Assembly (NCBI GenBank): GCA_964369015.1
Contig: CAYJDS010000003.1
Span: 1-34,609 of the forward strand
DNA: 34,609 nucleotides
Origin: an uncultured Staphylococcaceae bacterium
GTDB taxonomy: Bacteria > Bacillota_I > Bacilli_A > RFN20 > CAG-826
Reading direction: 5' to 3'
The first letter of the stretch is position 1. Every line of letters begins with the position of its first letter. Below the pieces are notes generated by a model. The model searched no databases. It saw only the letters and a list, made by a program, of their open reading frames with translations, and was not told the DNA's origin. Positions 1 to 9,184 of this stretch are shown here, piece after piece. The position numbers and the translations under genes are program-made.

Positions 1-4
1 CTTC

Positions 5-32
5 TAGCCCTCACCGAGGGCTATTTTGTTTT
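5..32 (+). terminator. Intrinsic terminator of an upstream gene outside the window
   Basis: TAGCCCTC-ACC-GAGGGCTA perfect 8-bp stem followed by TTTTGTTTT. Confidence 0.75.
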
Positions 33-205
33 AGTTTAATTATTAAGCCACTTAGCCGGATTTTCAATTAACTAGTGCCGTAATTATCATTTTTGATGTT
101 TATACAAATTAATTTTTGTAAAATAATAGCAGTTATTAGCAAAGAAATTCGCAGAATTTACACGAACGATGTATTTAGCTACGAAAATAGAAAGAAGGAA
201 GCAAT

Positions 206-1669
206 ATGCGTCAAGCTGGTGTTCTCTTGGCCGTCTCAAGTTTGCCTGCAAAACATGGAATTGGTGACTTAGGGCCGAGTGCTCAAACTTTTATTCGAAA
301 AGCAAGTAAAATTGGCTTTAAATTATGGCAGATTTTACCAATTAATCCACTGGGATATGGCAATTCTCCATATCAACCATTTGGCTCAAAACCATTTGAT
401 GAACTATACATTAGTTTAGAATTATTGGAAAAAGAAGGTCTTTTGTCATCCGTCCCTTCTCATTTTCCCCGTAGTAAAAAGGTTCATTATGAATCAGTGC
501 GTAAATTTAAACTTAAATATTTAAAAATAGCGTTTAAAAATTATCAAAAACAACATAAACGTGGTTTTAAAACTTGGGTTAAAAACAATCAATGGGTCGA
601 AAATTATGCCGTATTCATTACCTTTAAAAAAGCCAACAACCTTGTCCAATGGCATTATTGGCGCCCTGAACATCGCGATTGGATTATAAATCCAAAAGGC
701 GTTGATTTAACCCCGTTTAAAGCGAATATTGAATTTGAAAAGTGGCTCCAATATATTGCTTATAAACAATGGAGTTCCCTCGTTAAATACACCCATAAAC
801 ATAAGATGGAGATAGTGGGTGACATTCCAATTTACGTTGGCATTGATTCAATTGATGTTTGGGAAAATCGCAAAGCGTTTCTCTTAGATAAAGATGATTT
901 CCCGACCTTTGTCGGTGGCGTACCTGGAGATTATTTTAATGCCGACGGTCAACTCTGGGGCAACCCCTTATACGATTGGGATTACTTAGAAAAAACCGAC
1001 TTTGCCTTTTGGATTGATCGCCTTGCCTATGCCGCAAAACTTTATGATTATGTCCGGATTGATCACTTCCGCGCCTTTGATTCATATTGGAAGATTCCCG
1101 CTGGGAGTTTAAAGGCCACCACTGGCCACTGGGATTATCCTCCCGGCTATAAATTATTTGACGAAATCTTTAAACAAATCCCTGATATTAAAATTATTGC
1201 CGAAGATTTAGGTGATTTACGACCAGAAGTCTTAGAATTACGTGATCGTTATAATTTACCGGGAATGGAAATAACGCAGTTTACATTTAATCCGTTTGAA
1301 AAGCGGGGCACTGAGTGGAAAGAAAATCGTTTAGTTTATCCCGGAACTCATGACAATTCACCAATTCGGGGCTGGTTCCGCGGCCGTGACAAAAAATTCT
1401 TTGATGCTGCCGCAAAAGTCTTTGCCGCAGCTGGCACAAATGAATTTAGTGACTTCTTTGATAACTTTATGGCTTACAACATGGCCAGTGACGCGCAATA
1501 TGCCATTTTTCAAATGCAAGATTTACTTCGTCTCGGTGAACCAAGCAAAATGAATTCACCAAGTACGATTGGTTCACCCAATTGGGAATGGAAAATGGTT
1601 GATTTTACAATTTTTGACGAAGAACGTTCATTTTTAAATTACTTGATTGTTAAATATAATCGGTATTAA
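206..1669 (+). CDS. malQ: 4-alpha-glucanotransferase (amylomaltase, GH77)
   Basis: GVLL..SSLP...GIGDLG, WQILP, SPYQ, GQLWGNPLYDW; catalytic RIDHF, IAEDLG and GTHDN motifs; SD-like AAGGAAG upstream; no signal peptide. Confidence 0.95.
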   Translation: MRQAGVLLAVSSLPAKHGIGDLGPSAQTFIRKASKIGFKLWQILPINPLGYGNSPYQPFGSKPFDELYISLELLEKEGLLSSVPSHFPRSKKVHYESVRKFKLKYLKIAFKNYQKQHKRGFKTWVKNNQWVENYAVFITFKKANNLVQWHYWRPEHRDWIINPKGVDLTPFKANIEFEKWLQYIAYKQWSSLVKYTHKHKMEIVGDIPIYVGIDSIDVWENRKAFLLDKDDFPTFVGGVPGDYFNADGQLWGNPLYDWDYLEKTDFAFWIDRLAYAAKLYDYVRIDHFRAFDSYWKIPAGSLKATTGHWDYPPGYKLFDEIFKQIPDIKIIAEDLGDLRPEVLELRDRYNLPGMEITQFTFNPFEKRGTEWKENRLVYPGTHDNSPIRGWFRGRDKKFFDAAAKVFAAAGTNEFSDFFDNFMAYNMASDAQYAIFQMQDLLRLGEPSKMNSPSTIGSPNWEWKMVDFTIFDEERSFLNYLIVKYNRY

Positions 1670-1681
1670 AGGAGAAACTTT

Positions 1682-4546
1682 ATGAAAAAAGTACTAATAA
1701 CGCTCGGGCTTGGTTTTTTTCTTTTGTTTGACACTAATGCAGTGCTAAGTAATAGTGCAGCAAAGAGTGTTAACGAAAATGCACTCTCGGCGACAAGAGC
1801 AATTTTTACCCCCAAAAAAGCCCTTGAACGTTTTGACGAACCAACCCTTATCTTCCACTACTTCCGAAATGATGGAAAATATGATGATTTTGATTTTTGG
1901 CTATGGGATGGTGGCGATGGGGAAGGCTATAAGCCAACTGAGAACGACGATTTTGGCAAATACTTCACTGAACCACTTTCAACTTTTACAAGCCAAACTG
2001 GCGTCAGTTGGATCATTCGTAAAGGTGGGGATAGTTGGTCAGGGCAAACCATCGATATGCGCTTATCATATGCTGATTTTGATTTTGATGATACATTAAA
2101 CGCCTATCATTTCTACTTTATTAATTCGCTGACCCGTGTTTATAAAACTGCGGAAGAAGCAAAAGCAAATCAAGTCTATCGTAGTTCATTTAAGGGCGCA
2201 CAAAAAATTGAAGTAATTACCAATAATGAACCGAGTACTTTTAATTTTAGAGCCGATGGCGTCAGTGTCATTTCTGGTAATGCCGAAGCAGTTAATGAGG
2301 CCGAACAATTTAGATGGTCTTTTTCCAAAGAATTGCCCGCAAACTTTGCCGTAAGCTTTACTTCCGCTTATGTTATTGAAGTTGGGTTTAGCACTGGTCC
2401 TTCCGCAATATATACCCTTGGCTTTGAAGGATTATTCGATGACTCTTCTTTTGTTAGTGCAATGACGTATAACGGTAATGATTTAGGGGTCACTTACACT
2501 CCAGAAAAAACTGTCTTTAAAGCATGGGCCCCAACAATTAGTAAATTAGTCTTACGGATCTACGAAAACGGCACGCCAAAAAGTGTTAGCGAAACATTAG
2601 GAAGCGATACTTTCGATGCTTATAATTTTGTTGCTCAGCCCAAAGGTGTTTGGGAAGTAACGGTAAATAAAGACTTGCACGACAAATATTATACTTTTGT
2701 GGCCACCCATCCTGATGGGGATGTCGAACTTATCGATCCATACGCAAAAAGCGCTGGTGTTAATGGTATTCGTGGTCATATTGTCGATTTTAGTAAAACT
2801 AACCCTGTTGACTGGGATTTAGTCGATTATTCCGTCAAAAAGCCAACCGAAATCATTCCTTATGAAATTCATGTTGCCGATATTACGAGTGACGAGACGT
2901 GGAATGGTAGTGAAGCAAACCGGAAAAAATATTTAGGACTAAGTGAAGCCGGCACTACTTATACTAAAGATGGCGTCACAGTGAAAACTGGGTTTGATCA
3001 TATTAAAGAATTGGGTGTGAATGCCTTACAAATTATTCCGTTTTATGACCAACAAAATAACGAAATTGAGCCAGGCTTTAACTGGGGCTATAATCCACAA
3101 AATTATAATGTTCTTGAAGGTTCTTACTCTAGTAATCCCTATGATGGTCTCGTCCGAATTCGCGAATTTAAACAAGTTGTTAAAGCTTATGCGGCTGAAG
3201 ATATTCGGATTATCATGGACGTTGTTTATAATCACGTCGCCAATATTGGTAGTCACTCATTTAACAAACTAGTCCCAGGTTATTACTTCCGCTATAACAG
3301 TGAAGGCTCACCGGATAATTCAAGTGGGGTTGGCAACGTTACAGCGAGTGAACGAATTATGATGGAAAACTATATGCGTGATTCAACCGCTTTTTGGACT
3401 GACGAATACAAAATTGGTGGCTTCCGTTTTGACCTTATGGGTCTGCATACAACCGAGTCTATGAATACCGTTAGCGAAGCATTACGAGAAATTCGTAGTG
3501 ACATTATCATTTATGGCGAACCATGGAATATGAATAATTCCGCGGTCAAAGACCCAATGGCTATTCAATCAAATCTTGATAAAATTCCTTATGTTGGTGC
3601 TTTCAATGACCAAATACGGAACGGTTTTGTTTCCAATGCAGAAACTCCGCCTCCAGGTTGGATTCAATTAGAACCAGCCGCAATGGCTAATTCAACACAG
3701 ATGAAACGGCAAATAATTGATGGGCTTCGCGGTCATATTACTGATAGTAAAAGTACTCCGGCACAAACCGTAAACTACGCAGCGGCCCACGATAACTATA
3801 CCCTTTATGACAAATTAACACTCGCCGGAACGCGAAGTAAAACTCACTTTAGCACGGAGACAATTGGCAAACAATCACTCCAAACTGATTCAATGGTCCT
3901 TTTAAGTCAAGGCATATCCTTTATCCATGGTGGTAGTGATATTTTACGTAGTAAGCCTACCGGCGAAGGTGTTTTAAAGTTTGATTACAACTCTTATAAG
4001 AGTTCTTATGAGATTAACAGCTTCAAATGGGATGAAAAAGTCGATAATTTAGCAATCTTTAACGATTATCAAACCTTAATTAATCTTAAAAAGAACACAC
4101 CGGCTCTTCATTACACAACTAGCGAGGAAGTGGCCACAAACGTCAGTGCAACCCTTGGTTCAGAAATCAAGAATAGCACGCTTGAAGATAACTTCATCCA
4201 ACTTATTGCTCAGGATGCCGAATATACTTACGTCGCATTATTCTACGGAATGGGTTTACGGATTAATCTTGACGGTTTAGACGGCTACACAGTTCTGCTT
4301 GATACAAGTAAAAATCTTGAGCCAAATACTGTTATTAATAATACCGTTACTATGCAAAATAATACCACGCTTGTCCTGCAGATTAAAACAAGTGCGTACA
4401 ATCCGGGCTTTACAACTAACTTATCACCCAAGAAAACGAATTTAACTTGGGTTTATGTAACCATCCCCTCACTACTTGTACTTGGGGGAGGCATTGGGGG
4501 CCTGCTATTCTTCTTTGTTAAAAAACGGAAAAAGATTGGAGTTTAA
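1682..4546 (+). CDS. pulA: Type I pullulanase (GH13), secreted, CBM41-like and CBM48 domains, C-terminal membrane anchor
   Basis: Signal peptide; FHYFRNDG..DFWLW (CBM41-like); LGVTYT..TVFKAWAP (CBM48); FNWGYNP, MDVVYNH, GFRFDLMG, YGEPW, AHDN; C-terminal TM helix and KKRKK tail; SD AAGGAG. Confidence 0.92.
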   Translation: MKKVLITLGLGFFLLFDTNAVLSNSAAKSVNENALSATRAIFTPKKALERFDEPTLIFHYFRNDGKYDDFDFWLWDGGDGEGYKPTENDDFGKYFTEPLSTFTSQTGVSWIIRKGGDSWSGQTIDMRLSYADFDFDDTLNAYHFYFINSLTRVYKTAEEAKANQVYRSSFKGAQKIEVITNNEPSTFNFRADGVSVISGNAEAVNEAEQFRWSFSKELPANFAVSFTSAYVIEVGFSTGPSAIYTLGFEGLFDDSSFVSAMTYNGNDLGVTYTPEKTVFKAWAPTISKLVLRIYENGTPKSVSETLGSDTFDAYNFVAQPKGVWEVTVNKDLHDKYYTFVATHPDGDVELIDPYAKSAGVNGIRGHIVDFSKTNPVDWDLVDYSVKKPTEIIPYEIHVADITSDETWNGSEANRKKYLGLSEAGTTYTKDGVTVKTGFDHIKELGVNALQIIPFYDQQNNEIEPGFNWGYNPQNYNVLEGSYSSNPYDGLVRIREFKQVVKAYAAEDIRIIMDVVYNHVANIGSHSFNKLVPGYYFRYNSEGSPDNSSGVGNVTASERIMMENYMRDSTAFWTDEYKIGGFRFDLMGLHTTESMNTVSEALREIRSDIIIYGEPWNMNNSAVKDPMAIQSNLDKIPYVGAFNDQIRNGFVSNAETPPPGWIQLEPAAMANSTQMKRQIIDGLRGHITDSKSTPAQTVNYAAAHDNYTLYDKLTLAGTRSKTHFSTETIGKQSLQTDSMVLLSQGISFIHGGSDILRSKPTGEGVLKFDYNSYKSSYEINSFKWDEKVDNLAIFNDYQTLINLKKNTPALHYTTSEEVATNVSATLGSEIKNSTLEDNFIQLIAQDAEYTYVALFYGMGLRINLDGLDGYTVLLDTSKNLEPNTVINNTVTMQNNTTLVLQIKTSAYNPGFTTNLSPKKTNLTWVYVTIPSLLVLGGGIGGLLFFFVKKRKKIGV

Positions 4547-4548
4547 TT

Positions 4549-5238
4549 ATGCGAAAAGTAAATAAATTATTGATGATTGCCCTCTTCCCGCTCGGCCTTC
4601 TATCTGGTTGTAGTAATGAGAGTAGTCACACAGTTGAATTTTATGCTAATAATATTGGCGAATTTTATCAGGCGGTTATTGTTAATCATAACGAGAAAGT
4701 AAGTCGACCGGCAACTCCAATAGCACCTACCAACTTCACCTTTGATGATTGGTGGGTTGATCAAAATTACTCCGCAAAATTTAATTTTAATAGAGTTATT
4801 AAAAAGGACACTGCTGTTTTTGGTAAATGGGTTGAAAATCGTCCTTTTGTGGCCGATGACCGTATTTTTCATATCGTTGGTGAAACGACCAATCCTGCTT
4901 TAAGCTATATTAACTGGAATACAGTTGGGGAGGAAGGGATTGATTACGATGTGCGCTCTTACTTAACAAAAGACGAGTTTTCAAATTTATATTCAATTGA
5001 ATTATCACTTGACGCCTTATCAAAATTTAAAATAAAAGTTCCCGGCGTTGCTTGGGGTGCTGATACCGAATTTAATTACAATAATATTGATGTTGCTGAT
5101 CGTAATGAAGACATTGCAGAAGCGGACTACGGCAATATTCAAATCCTTAAAGATGGGCTTTATAAAATTGAAATAGAAACGACCTATATGTGGGCAAAAG
5201 TAACCCGTCTTGGTGAGATGGAACTTTACACTTTCTAA
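4549..5238 (+). CDS. Lipoprotein with InlB B-repeat domain and putative starch-binding (SusE/F-like) domain
   Basis: Lipobox LLSG-C; TVEF..NEKVSRP..P..FTFDDW..FNF..IKKDTAVFGKW (B-repeat); FHIVG..NW..YSIEL..FKI..WG..GNIQI..DGLYKI beta-sandwich pattern; starts 2 nt after the pulA stop. Confidence 0.65.
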   Translation: MRKVNKLLMIALFPLGLLSGCSNESSHTVEFYANNIGEFYQAVIVNHNEKVSRPATPIAPTNFTFDDWWVDQNYSAKFNFNRVIKKDTAVFGKWVENRPFVADDRIFHIVGETTNPALSYINWNTVGEEGIDYDVRSYLTKDEFSNLYSIELSLDALSKFKIKVPGVAWGADTEFNYNNIDVADRNEDIAEADYGNIQILKDGLYKIEIETTYMWAKVTRLGEMELYTF

Positions 5239-5300
5239 TCATTAGTTATTGCTAGTTTAAACCTAATTTTAGTCAGTTTTTTGTTAAAACTAAGTCAATT

Positions 5301-5336
5301 AAACCGCTTTGAACCTCAAATTCAAGCGGTTTTTTA
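5301..5336 (+). terminator. Intrinsic terminator ending the malQ-pulA-lipoprotein unit
   Basis: AAACCGCTTTGAA-loop-TTCAAGCGGTTT followed by a T run. Confidence 0.8.
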
Positions 5337-5418
5337 TTAATCTAAAAGCGCGATTAACTGATTAAACGCCGCGATAAGTGACAAAACCCAAAAAATCTTT
5401 TGCACTTGTTATTCTTTA

Positions 5419-5447
5419 TTGTTTAACTTTTTAATTTAATGTATAAT
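5419..5447 (+). promoter_or_regulatory. Sigma-70/A promoter of the maltodextrin ABC operon
   Basis: TTGTTT-17 nt-TATAAT, about 50 nt before the ATG; SD GAGGTGG. Confidence 0.55.
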
Positions 5448-5498
5448 ACTTTTATATATAAAAGGGGTTACAAATAATCCCATAAGTGAGGTGGAAAG

Positions 5499-6842
5499 AT
5501 GAAGAAGACATATGCTTTATTAGCTTTGGCTGCTTTTAGCGTAGGCGCGCTAGCGGGCTGTGCAAAGAAACCAGCATTAACGATTTGGGTTGGTTCCGAA
5601 TCGAAAGAATTTTACGCAGAGGTAATGGCTGATTACATTGCCGACTATAAAGTAAAAACCGGGGAAGACTTCCCACATAAGATTGAAGTTCAAGGCGTTG
5701 ACTCATCAGCGGCGGCCGCTAACTTCCTTCAAGACACAGACGCAGGCGCGGATATTTTCACTATCCCGCACGACAATTTAGGTAAATTAACAAGTGGGGC
5801 CAGCGTCATTGCTCCTTTTACCGATCAAACCTTAATTGATGGCATTTATGAAAATTCTTCCGAAATGTTTCATGATGTCATTAAAGCAACCGTTGGTGGT
5901 ACCGAATACACATTTGCCGCCCCAGTTATTGCTCAATCACTCGTTCTTTTCTACAATAAAAATTATGTAACCCCAGAACAAGCAGAATCATGGGAAGGGT
6001 TAATGGAAGCAGCGCAAGCCGTCTCCACAACTAAAGGAAAAACAATCAGTGCCTTAATGCCAACTGGTGAAGATGGTTATAATAACTCATTCTTACTTCT
6101 TGGTGTTAACGAACAAACTAAAGAATCATCACTACGTTTATATGAAAATGGTGATATTAATGATCAATATGCCCATGGCGATGATTCAGTTGCGCGCTTT
6201 AAATGGGGCCAACGCTTCTTTAACAATCAATACGGCGCAGTTCGGCCAAGTTCTTCTGGCTGGCAAGTTGCCCTTAAAGATGAACTTACCTTATCCACAA
6301 TTAGTGGTGCGTGGAGTAGCAACGCTGCTAAACAAGCCCTCGGTAGTGGTTATGGTATTGCAAAATTACCAAAATTCACAATTACTGCTGCTGACGCAGT
6401 TGGTGATGTTGCCGCCGGAACGGTCATGCGTTCTGGAACATTTGTTGATGCAAAAATGCTAGTTATGAAAAAGAACAGTAAGTTTGCCGAACATCTTCAA
6501 CCAATCGTCAAGCACTTATTCTCCAAAGAAATCCAAGAGGCTTCATTTGAAGAAGTTGACAACTTACCAACATACAAAAATGCTAGCACTGAATTTGCTG
6601 CTATGGCAACAAATGACCTTGCTGTTCGCCAAGTTGAAATGTACGACTATGGTCGTCCGCAACCTTTTGGTGTCCACGCTAACTTTAATTTCTATTATTA
6701 TTCCAAAGGGGCTCCAGATCGCGTTATGCAAATTTTATTAAACCTTGATAATGCCTATGGCACTACCCAAAAAATAGTCGATGAATTATTAATCATTGAA
6801 AATATTTGGAAAACAGGTGAAGCCACGGGTGGAGCAGCCTAA
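5499..6842 (+). CDS. malE: Maltose/maltodextrin ABC transporter substrate-binding lipoprotein
   Basis: Lipobox LAG-C; LTIW, GADIF..HDNLGKL, LVLFYNK, ISGAW, YGIAKLP motifs of MalX/MalE-type SBPs; followed by two permeases. Confidence 0.85.
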   Translation: MKKTYALLALAAFSVGALAGCAKKPALTIWVGSESKEFYAEVMADYIADYKVKTGEDFPHKIEVQGVDSSAAAANFLQDTDAGADIFTIPHDNLGKLTSGASVIAPFTDQTLIDGIYENSSEMFHDVIKATVGGTEYTFAAPVIAQSLVLFYNKNYVTPEQAESWEGLMEAAQAVSTTKGKTISALMPTGEDGYNNSFLLLGVNEQTKESSLRLYENGDINDQYAHGDDSVARFKWGQRFFNNQYGAVRPSSSGWQVALKDELTLSTISGAWSSNAAKQALGSGYGIAKLPKFTITAADAVGDVAAGTVMRSGTFVDAKMLVMKKNSKFAEHLQPIVKHLFSKEIQEASFEEVDNLPTYKNASTEFAAMATNDLAVRQVEMYDYGRPQPFGVHANFNFYYYSKGAPDRVMQILLNLDNAYGTTQKIVDELLIIENIWKTGEATGGAA

Positions 6843-6844
6843 CA

Positions 6845-8299
6845 ATGAATTGGCTCAAAAAAGTTTGGCAAGCTATTAAAGACTTCTTTGTAAGGTTATA
6901 CAAAGGATTTATTAGTGGACTGAAAAAACTTTGGCAAGCAATTAAAGGATTCTTCATTAACGTTTATGAACGTTTTGCCAAAGGATCAGTTTTTACAAAG
7001 ATTTCGCATGGGATTATGGGATTTGGTAACTTTACGCGGAAACAATATACTAAAGGGTTTATGTTTCTGGGAATTGAAGTTCTTTTCATTCTCTACATGG
7101 TGCTTTCGCCCAAACTAAACGGAACTCCGTTTGGAGCAAAATCACTCGCCAATTTAATGACACTTGGAACAAATGCCGGTGACATCTTCACAGCGGCCGA
7201 TAATTCGCTTTTAATGCTTTTATTCGGTGTCGTGACGCTTGTTATTATCGCCCTCTTCTTAGTTGTTTTTAACGCGAATATTAAAAGCTCCTATCAATTA
7301 GACAAAATTATTCACGACGGCAAAAAAATTCCGACTTTCAAAGATGATCTTAAAAAGTTACTCGATGAAAGATTCCATGTTTTGCTCTTGACGCCCTCAC
7401 TCCTCGCGGCGGCCGTCTTTACGCTTTTACCAACAATCTTTATGATTTTGATTGCCTTTACAAATTACGATATTAATCACCAACCACCCGGTAATCTCTT
7501 TACTTGGGTTGGCTTTGAGAACTTTATCCAAATTTTCCGCGGAACTGGAGAGATAAGTAAACGTTTTCTACCCGTTCTTTCGTGGACACTCATATGGGCG
7601 GTTTTAGCGACGTTTTCTAACTACTTCTGCGGCATTTTCCTTGCGCTTTTAATTAATGTTAAATCAGTGAAAGCAAAAGTCGTCTGGCGGACAATCTTTG
7701 TCTTGACGATTGCAATGCCTCAATTTATCTCGCTTTTAGCAATGCGCAACATTTTGTCCTTAAATGGACCAATCAATAATATGCTTGTTAATATGGGTAT
7801 TTTAGAAAAGCCAATGGAGTTTTTAAATGGTAACCCGCTTGATCCTAACGTTGCGCGCGCGACAGTACTTTTAATTAACTTATGGGTTGGTGTTCCTTAC
7901 ACAATGCTCATGACGAGTGGAATCTTATTAAATATTCCAACTGATCTTTATGAAGCGGCGCGAGTGGATGGCGCAAGTAAGGCCCGGATTCTCTTTAAGA
8001 TTACCTTACCTTATGTTATGTTCGTAACGGGACCCTATCTTATTTCTTCCTTTATTGGCAACATTACGAGTTTTAACATTATCTTCTTCCTTACTGGCGG
8101 TGGTCCAGGCGTTCCTGGCTATATTGCCGGTGAAACCGACTTACTAGTTACGTGGTTATTCAAACTAACCGTTGATAATAGTGACTATAACCTCGGCTCT
8201 GTGATTGGGATTTTAACCTTTATCATCACCGCAATTGGAACACTGATATCTTATCGGCGGAGCAAATCATATAAAGAAGAGGAGGCATTCCAATTATGA
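6845..8299 (+). CDS. malF: Maltodextrin ABC transporter permease (MalF/MalC-type)
   Basis: Multiple TM helices; IAFTNYD..PP..F.WVGF.NF; EAA motif LYEAARVDGA; TDLLVTW.FKL. Confidence 0.9.
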   Translation: MNWLKKVWQAIKDFFVRLYKGFISGLKKLWQAIKGFFINVYERFAKGSVFTKISHGIMGFGNFTRKQYTKGFMFLGIEVLFILYMVLSPKLNGTPFGAKSLANLMTLGTNAGDIFTAADNSLLMLLFGVVTLVIIALFLVVFNANIKSSYQLDKIIHDGKKIPTFKDDLKKLLDERFHVLLLTPSLLAAAVFTLLPTIFMILIAFTNYDINHQPPGNLFTWVGFENFIQIFRGTGEISKRFLPVLSWTLIWAVLATFSNYFCGIFLALLINVKSVKAKVVWRTIFVLTIAMPQFISLLAMRNILSLNGPINNMLVNMGILEKPMEFLNGNPLDPNVARATVLLINLWVGVPYTMLMTSGILLNIPTDLYEAARVDGASKARILFKITLPYVMFVTGPYLISSFIGNITSFNIIFFLTGGGPGVPGYIAGETDLLVTWLFKLTVDNSDYNLGSVIGILTFIITAIGTLISYRRSKSYKEEEAFQL

Positions 8300-9183
8300 A
8301 AAATACTGGAGCCAGTATCAAACGCCAACGAATTGTCGGCGCAATCTTCTCTTATGCCCTCTTGCTCATTCTCGCAGTCGTTTGGCTTTACCCAATCGTC
8401 TGGATTATCCTTAACGCGTTTCGGACCGAAAAAAACGATTTAGGGGTTCTCATTGGAACAGTTGTTTCAAATTATTGGCCCAAGAGCTTCGGACTTGATA
8501 ACTTTATCTATTTATTTAAAGAAACATTATTTCCGAAGTGGTTTTTGAATACCTTAATCGTCGCTTTCTTTACGTTTATTATTTCAACGATTCTTTCATT
8601 ATCAATGGCCTATGTCATGAGTAAACTCCGGTTCAAGTCACGGAAACTAATCTTAAATTTAAATATGATTATGGGACTTTTTCCAGGTTTTATGTCAATT
8701 ATTGCCATTTACTACATTTTAAAAGCAATGGGTTTAACGCAAAACCTCTTTGCCTTGATTCTTGTCTACTCCGCTGGGGCGGGAATGGGCTTTTATGTCG
8801 GGAAGGGTTACTTTGACCTTATTCCTAATGCCCTCATCGAATCAGCGCGGATTGAAGGTTGTAACAACTTCCAAATTTTGACGAAGATTATTTTGCCAAT
8901 GTCCAAACCAATTATTATTTATACCGCACTCATGTCCTTTATGTCGCCGTGGATGGACTTCATCTTCGCCCGCGTCATCTTAGGACCAACGAACGTTGAA
9001 CTTCATACCGTCGCGGTTGGACTTTATAATCTCATGTTTGGTGGAGGGTCACAAAACGACCCGTCATTCTTTACAATCTTCGCTGCCGGTAGTGTTATTA
9101 TTTCAGTACCAATTGTCATTCTCTTCTTATCATTACAAAAATACTACGTTCAAGGTGTGACAGCCGGCGCTGTTAAAGGCTAA
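8296..9183 (+). CDS. malG: Maltodextrin ABC transporter permease (MalG/MalD-type)
   Basis: EAA motif KGYFD.IP..L.ESARIEG; LQKYYVQGVTAGAVKG C-terminus; ATGA overlap with malF. Confidence 0.9.
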   Translation: MKNTGASIKRQRIVGAIFSYALLLILAVVWLYPIVWIILNAFRTEKNDLGVLIGTVVSNYWPKSFGLDNFIYLFKETLFPKWFLNTLIVAFFTFIISTILSLSMAYVMSKLRFKSRKLILNLNMIMGLFPGFMSIIAIYYILKAMGLTQNLFALILVYSAGAGMGFYVGKGYFDLIPNALIESARIEGCNNFQILTKIILPMSKPIIIYTALMSFMSPWMDFIFARVILGPTNVELHTVAVGLYNLMFGGGSQNDPSFFTIFAAGSVIISVPIVILFLSLQKYYVQGVTAGAVKG

Positions 9184-9184
9184 T

